A stretch of DNA of 32,000 nucleotides, from the sequence record NC_010821.1, one strand, 5' to 3'. This document shows, piece after piece, positions 27,575 to 32,000 of this stretch. The notes beneath the pieces were generated by a model. That model made no database searches, had not been told where the DNA came from, and saw only the letters and a program-made list of their open reading frames with translations. Each line of letters starts with the position of its first letter. The stretch's first letter is position 1. A program made the position numbers and the translations under genes. The DNA is from Pseudomonas phage 201phi2-1.

Positions 27575-27600
27575 CCCCTCCTTCACGGGAGGGGCTTTAT
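27575..27600 (+). terminator. intrinsic terminator
   Basis: CCCCTCC-TTCAC-GGAGGGG then CTTTATTT. Confidence 0.85.
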
Positions 27601-27667
27601 TTCGTTAACTCAATTTATTTGAGATTTATATCATGACTGGGTAATCTAAACCACTGAGGCTATAACG

Positions 27668-27943
27668 ATGACTACTGTAAACAAATTGTGGCGTAAGGCT
27701 CAAAAGAAAAAGCAACGTGACGCTGATAAGAAAAACCGCGGGCACTTAGTAGCGCAACACAACCTTACATTCGACCATCAGAAAGTAGTTGAAGCTGAGC
27801 AGGCTAATCAATTCAAGATTCAACAAGCTGGTGCTTGGGGTAGTCCATTCAAAGGTGAAGTCGACATCAAGGCACCCTCACTAGGTGAGATGTTCATGTT
27901 ACCTGAATCTAAACAATCAGTGGTTCTACCTAAAGGGGTATGA
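27668..27943 (+). CDS. hypothetical protein with basic N-terminus
   Basis: MTTVNKLWRKAQKKKQRDADKKNRG... Confidence 0.75.
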   Translation: MTTVNKLWRKAQKKKQRDADKKNRGHLVAQHNLTFDHQKVVEAEQANQFKIQQAGAWGSPFKGEVDIKAPSLGEMFMLPESKQSVVLPKGV

Positions 27944-27984
27944 GTCGATGCAGGGTAAACTGCTTTCTAAATACTGAGGTTAAT

Positions 27985-28353
27985 ATGCAAGAAGATGACT
28001 CACGCGGTAGCACGATTAGCTTTGGTCAAATGAACTTGATGCCGGCCATTACAGTCCACGGTCGTGATTACGGGGTTGCCTACGAGAACATGACTGAAGA
28101 ACACCTTAAGGGTATTCCTGTACGTATCGAGGGTCGTACTATCGGGTATGTTGAATCCCTTAAAGACGGTACGGTGACGCTCAAGCTGAATGAAGGTGAA
28201 ACCCTAGACCTTGCACCTGAACCACAAGCAACATTCTCTATTGGCAACACAGCTATGATGGGTAAAGATCTCGAAGTGGCCCTGTTGGATAATGTCGATC
28301 AAGTGTTTAAAGCGGCACTGAATTTGGAGGTTGGTAATGAGTCGAGTAAGTAA
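27985..28353 (+). CDS. hypothetical protein (start MQEDDSRG)
   Basis: TGAGGT SD upstream of 27985; preferred over track start 27940. Confidence 0.75.
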   Translation: MQEDDSRGSTISFGQMNLMPAITVHGRDYGVAYENMTEEHLKGIPVRIEGRTIGYVESLKDGTVTLKLNEGETLDLAPEPQATFSIGNTAMMGKDLEVALLDNVDQVFKAALNLEVGNESSK

Positions 28354-28603
28354 AGGTAAAGTAACTTATCTAAAACGTCTGTACAGAATCATTCAGTTTA
28401 AGCGGATCTTCGGTGACGTAACTGAGGAGCAAAAACAAGCATGGGATCGTTGGGTAGATGCGCCGAAAAATAAAGGCCCCACATTCCCAGTTAAGTTCCA
28501 AGTACAGGATCTATCATCGGTACTACATGAACCAGTTGATCAACTACCAATGAAAACGCTCTTTACTGAAAAAGGACCTACCAATGGACCAGTCATCTAC
28601 TGA
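28337..28603 (+). CDS. hypothetical protein (start MSRVSKG)
   Basis: GGAGG 7 nt upstream; overlaps the neighbouring genes. Confidence 0.75.
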   Translation: MSRVSKGKVTYLKRLYRIIQFKRIFGDVTEEQKQAWDRWVDAPKNKGPTFPVKFQVQDLSSVLHEPVDQLPMKTLFTEKGPTNGPVIY

Positions 28604-29003
28604 ACTACTCGTAAAAGAAATGGCAAAGAAAGGTTTCTACGTGGGTGAGCGTCGTCCTAGCGATGATGTCGACCTTGAGGTGTTTGTGACGATTACCCGT
28701 CCATCTCCATCAGCAGAGTATCTTGGATTCAAGCGAACCAAGCCTCGTCCTGCCAATATTGACAGTGACCAATATTTCGAAGTCCAGCCGGTAGTCAAGG
28801 TAGTTAGACGTGCCGGTACCGGGGACCATATGGTTCTGGCTACTAATCCGATAACTGGGCTGGGTGATATCGAGATGGATACCATGATCGGTAATGGTGG
28901 TCGTGCCGAACGACGTATGGGTAAACATGGTAACCTGTCTTCTGCCAAACACGGTGTTGATGGCGGATGGGTCCCGCCGCTGCCGGTAATTAATCGTAGT
29001 TAA
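28584..29003 (+). CDS. hypothetical protein
   Basis: Overlapping collinear ORF. Confidence 0.75.
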   Translation: MDQSSTELLVKEMAKKGFYVGERRPSDDVDLEVFVTITRPSPSAEYLGFKRTKPRPANIDSDQYFEVQPVVKVVRRAGTGDHMVLATNPITGLGDIEMDTMIGNGGRAERRMGKHGNLSSAKHGVDGGWVPPLPVINRS

Positions 29004-29085
29004 AAGCAATTAGCTTTAATCGATTAGATTTATCTAATCTTAATTTGTTTATTTCTTAAATGTTTTTAGTATAATAAATAGTAAT

Positions 29086-29125
29086 ATTATGAGGGGGGTG
29101 CCTCGGTGGCCCCCGAATAATATTT
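29086..29125 (+). terminator. GC-rich hairpin flanked by AT-rich arms
   Basis: ATTAT-GA-GGGGGGTGCC-TCGGT-GGCCCCC-GA-ATAAT. Confidence 0.6.
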
Positions 29126-29134
29126 CATTATTCT

Positions 29135-29156
29135 TAGTATAGCGTAAGCTATGCTA
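29135..29156 (+). promoter_or_regulatory. 5' UTR hairpin
   Basis: TAGTATAGC-GTAA-GCTATGCTA: 9-bp stem (one U-G) with a GNRA loop, 22 nt before ATG 29179. Confidence 0.55.
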
Positions 29157-29178
29157 AATATGCCCTCAAGAGGTCTGT

Positions 29179-30528
29179 ATGGCTTATTACCGTGTTACGT
29201 TTGGAAATCGTGAAACCATCGTAGAGTGTGATCAACCCATGTCCTATGTTGGAGAGATCTACAAAGATCGACTCATAGGAGAATGTGACGAATATGGTAA
29301 CCTTAGAGTGCCATACCTCAGTCCTGAGACTGAAGCTATGTTAGTGAGAGAAATTCAAGAGTTCGTCAATAAACACCCTCAGTTTATCAAAGACACTCAA
29401 ACTCCTGAACAACTAGCCAAGGTTAGTGAGCCTACCCAAGAGGCGAACAAACCATTTGATGTAGAGGGGTTGATTGCTGAAATGAAATCTGCACTGTTTA
29501 GTAATTTGGGACTACATCCAGATTCGAGAGAATATGCTGACCTGATAAGTCAGTTTGGTAAGCAGTGGCATGGTGGTATTATTGACTACCCACCTGTGTT
29601 TAAACCATTCTCTATGAACGATGAACAAAATACTCCAGTTGATGATACTGTAGCTAACCTAAAAGACTCTACTGGAGAAACTTCAATGTACCCTAAACTA
29701 GATAAGATGGTAATAGACTCGATGAACGAACCTGTGCGTTTTAAACCAATTAGCTCTACGCTGCAATTATCCAACCAAGAATTCAATGCTCTTCAACGTG
29801 TATTGCACCGTATGCCATCAACCATAACCGACGTTCAAGGTATTCTGGATTATACCTTAGAAGAACCGTTTATTTTACCTAGCCACTTTAAGAATAAGTT
29901 CTATGGTGAGTACTACATTGACTACGGTACATTCGGTCCTATGGTTGCTCTGTATAACCTGATCATGAAAGCATGTGAACTACGTGAAGACATCGTAGAA
30001 AGCAAAGGTACTGGCGAACCTATTAAGTTTACACTTAATGGCGTGGATGTAACTGACGCCGTTATGACCGATGCCACCAGTGTAAGTCTTGAAGAATGTG
30101 CAGGTGTGCCGGGTACTGTAGATAAGTCGTGTTGGGATGGCATATTCAATCCACATTTCCCAAATGAGTTCCCACCAACTCGGTTGGATACCCGTGTGAG
30201 TCAGAGCGCAGCTAATCATGAATGTCGTAAGGTAGTCATCTCAGCATTGAATGATTGGAAGCGTCGTGTAGATGCACGACATGCGTATCATTCCGATCAG
30301 ACTCAGGAACGTACGCATCTGCAAGAAGTTCAATTCAAGCATATTAAGCGTTATGCCAAGGCCGTCGTTAAATCTGTACTTGAGAATACTGATGATATTC
30401 TCGTTCACATTGACGTAGCTGAACAAGATAACTTTGGATTCATTACTGGTAGTGCTGATGGTAAATCACATACCCGTCACTTTACTGTTAAGTTCCATGA
30501 AAAGAACTGGATTATCTTAGAGGCCTAA
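29179..30528 (+). CDS. hypothetical phage protein (449 aa)
   Basis: Long ORF with AGAGGT upstream; no family recognised. Confidence 0.88.
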   Translation: MAYYRVTFGNRETIVECDQPMSYVGEIYKDRLIGECDEYGNLRVPYLSPETEAMLVREIQEFVNKHPQFIKDTQTPEQLAKVSEPTQEANKPFDVEGLIAEMKSALFSNLGLHPDSREYADLISQFGKQWHGGIIDYPPVFKPFSMNDEQNTPVDDTVANLKDSTGETSMYPKLDKMVIDSMNEPVRFKPISSTLQLSNQEFNALQRVLHRMPSTITDVQGILDYTLEEPFILPSHFKNKFYGEYYIDYGTFGPMVALYNLIMKACELREDIVESKGTGEPIKFTLNGVDVTDAVMTDATSVSLEECAGVPGTVDKSCWDGIFNPHFPNEFPPTRLDTRVSQSAANHECRKVVISALNDWKRRVDARHAYHSDQTQERTHLQEVQFKHIKRYAKAVVKSVLENTDDILVHIDVAEQDNFGFITGSADGKSHTRHFTVKFHEKNWIILEA

Positions 30529-30530
30529 CC

Positions 30531-30791
30531 ATGTTTGTAAGCCACTGTGGTACTTGTTGGGAAACACCATGTACGTGCCCGAGGTATTACAAAGGCCGTG
30601 TACCAACTGAATATGAGTTAAAGCAACTTTCAGTCGAAGAACTTAAGACCTTGATTGCCAACGCTCAAGCTATCATCGAGGCACGTGACGTTAAGGTTAC
30701 TTACAGCACAACTACCACAGTGGACGTAGGTCGTCTGCAAAACCTCCGTGCCTCACTAGGTCACCCTATCACTACCCCGGATGAAGATTAA
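30531..30791 (+). CDS. hypothetical protein with N-terminal CxxC...CxC
   Basis: MFVSHCGTCWETPCTCPRYYKG; coupled to its neighbours. Confidence 0.78.
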   Translation: MFVSHCGTCWETPCTCPRYYKGRVPTEYELKQLSVEELKTLIANAQAIIEARDVKVTYSTTTTVDVGRLQNLRASLGHPITTPDED

Positions 30792-30964
30792 TGTCTAATT
30801 TCTTTAATGGTAAAATGCTCAACGTCAACGCTGAACTGCAAAGCCACTTGAATCTCGGAGGCCAGTTGGTACTGACCGTCCAACGCGATGGGAAAACTGA
30901 ACTGGATTTCCTATTGAATGAAAAGTCTGTCGTTAAACTGAAATCGATTGTAGAAGGTAAATAA
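30791..30964 (+). CDS. hypothetical 57 aa protein
   Basis: TAATG coupling; MSNFFNGKMLNVNAELQSHLNLGGQLVLTVQRDGKTELDFLLNEKSVVKLKSIVEGK*; below ORF track cutoff. Confidence 0.7.
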   Translation: MSNFFNGKMLNVNAELQSHLNLGGQLVLTVQRDGKTELDFLLNEKSVVKLKSIVEGK

Positions 30965-30965
30965 C

Positions 30966-31478
30966 ATGGCCGCACTAAAAGCCTCTGAACAAACTATCGC
31001 AGATACCCTCTCAGCTTGCCGTGAACCATTCACTGCTGATGAGCTTTTCCAGAACTGCGCAGCTGACCAGATCCCAGTCCCTTACCATCAATGTAAGGCT
31101 TTGGCTGAGATCTCTCACAAGTGTATTGAGAACGGTGGCTTTTACAACATCCTCTCCCGCATTGACGGTGGTGGTAACGTATTGACCTTTTTCAATAACC
31201 AAGGCGATCTGCTTAATGCAGTTGCATTGAATCGACCAGAGATCTCTAAGGATCGTAAGATTCCTAAACTGAATTGGCTCAAGCAATACTTCGCTAATAT
31301 CGGCTATACGCAAGATCGAATTGAGATCAAGTACATCCAGCGTATGATTGAATCTCATATCCGTGATGGTGGTAGTTGGGCAACTACACTCAATGATACG
31401 TCGATCGTATTCATCTTGAAAATGCACGGTCAGGTTAAGGCACACATGGAATTCCATAAGGAGTATCGCGGTGAGTGA
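30966..31478 (+). CDS. hypothetical protein (170 aa)
   Basis: Collinear ORF. Confidence 0.8.
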   Translation: MAALKASEQTIADTLSACREPFTADELFQNCAADQIPVPYHQCKALAEISHKCIENGGFYNILSRIDGGGNVLTFFNNQGDLLNAVALNRPEISKDRKIPKLNWLKQYFANIGYTQDRIEIKYIQRMIESHIRDGGSWATTLNDTSIVFILKMHGQVKAHMEFHKEYRGE

Positions 31479-31803
31479 ATCTGGTATTGCAATTGATCCT
31501 GACAGTAAAACGGTATTGTTGATCGGCGAGGATATCATCCATCGGGTATTCCAACGATCAGCTAGTAAATACACTCTCCGAGATTTTAATAAGATCGCTC
31601 AGGCGATCGTCCATAACCAAGGTGCCGCCTATGGGGCTTACCTGAATGGTGTGGATGACGATGAATGGTGTCTTGGTTGTGTTACACAAGAAGACTCCAT
31701 TACTTTAACTCGTTATCTAGAAGACCCATCTGCTGAAGTACATCTCACCCAGGTGGAACACGATTTAATCCCAAATAAGTCGCCAGCGGCAAAGCTACAT
31801 TGA
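31471..31803 (+). CDS. hypothetical protein
   Basis: GTG start overlapping the upstream gene. Confidence 0.75.
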   Translation: MSESGIAIDPDSKTVLLIGEDIIHRVFQRSASKYTLRDFNKIAQAIVHNQGAAYGAYLNGVDDDEWCLGCVTQEDSITLTRYLEDPSAEVHLTQVEHDLIPNKSPAAKLH

Positions 31804-31883
31804 TCAATCTATTGACAGTTCGTCATTAATCTACTCGAGGTACGTATACTGTGTTGAAACCCTACAATTTTGAGGAACCAAAG

Positions 31884-32000
31884 ATGCCTGTTAAAGTCTG
31901 TCTGATCTTCGCTGGTGGTACCGGCATGAACGTTGCTACCAAACTGGTTGATCTGGGTGAAGCTGTTCATTGCTTCGACACCTGTGACAAAAACGTGGTT
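31884..32000 (+). CDS. phuZ: PhuZ phage tubulin (5' end only, runs off window)
   Basis: MPVKVCLIFAGGTGMNVATKLVDLGEAVHCFDTCDKNVV; GGTGMN nucleotide-binding segment; SD TGAGGA; matches 201phi2-1 PhuZ as remembered. Confidence 0.93.
   Translation, partial: MPVKVCLIFAGGTGMNVATKLVDLGEAVHCFDTCDKNVV

Noticed and set aside
28637-29009. Two minus-strand ORFs over 28584..29003
   Set aside because: Antisense to a plus-strand gene in a coupled operon; no promoter or SD evidence.
1-32000. Search for CRISPR arrays, tRNA cloverleafs, rRNA and integrase or lysogeny genes
   Set aside because: No regularly spaced direct repeats, no convincing tRNA acceptor/T-loop pattern and no integrase or repressor-like ORF seen by eye. 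tRNAscan-SE/Infernal would be needed to exclude tRNAs formally.

Overview
The window is a 32 kb stretch of a lytic, nucleus-forming jumbo phage of the phiKZ / 201phi2-1 type. The plus-strand ORF starting at 31884 begins MPVKVCLIFAGGTGMNVATKLVDLGEAVHCFDTCDKNVV, which is the N-terminus of the phage tubulin PhuZ; from memory it is essentially the Pseudomonas phage 201phi2-1 sequence. A structural/packaging backbone is recognisable: terminase large subunit (minus, 1971-4163), three virion-type proteins (minus, 10459-15723), contractile tail sheath (plus, 15853-17955), probable tail tube (plus, 17992-18867), plus DHFR (902-1453) and a DUF1353-like protein. Three plus-strand blocks of mostly undescribed small genes sit between the backbone genes. 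Each starts with a near-identical early-type promoter (TATATTAC-N-WTTGTG at 4225, 19919 and 22127), located in a divergent gap in front of a minus-strand gene. Island 1 (about 4.2-10.5 kb) has small genes, a diverged ~90-110 aa paralogous family, a tandem pair of ~50 aa basic proteins and micro-membrane proteins. Island 2 (19.9-20.8 kb) is a self-contained promoter + HNH/AP2 homing-endonuclease-like gene + terminator. Island 3 (22.1-27.6 kb) has a tandem run of ~100-190 aa proteins that look like one highly diverged family, with a GNAT acetyltransferase in the middle. These arrays are the best candidates for something undescribed (host takeover or anti-defence), but their function cannot be established from sequence alone. 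No CRISPR array, rRNA or convincing tRNA was seen.
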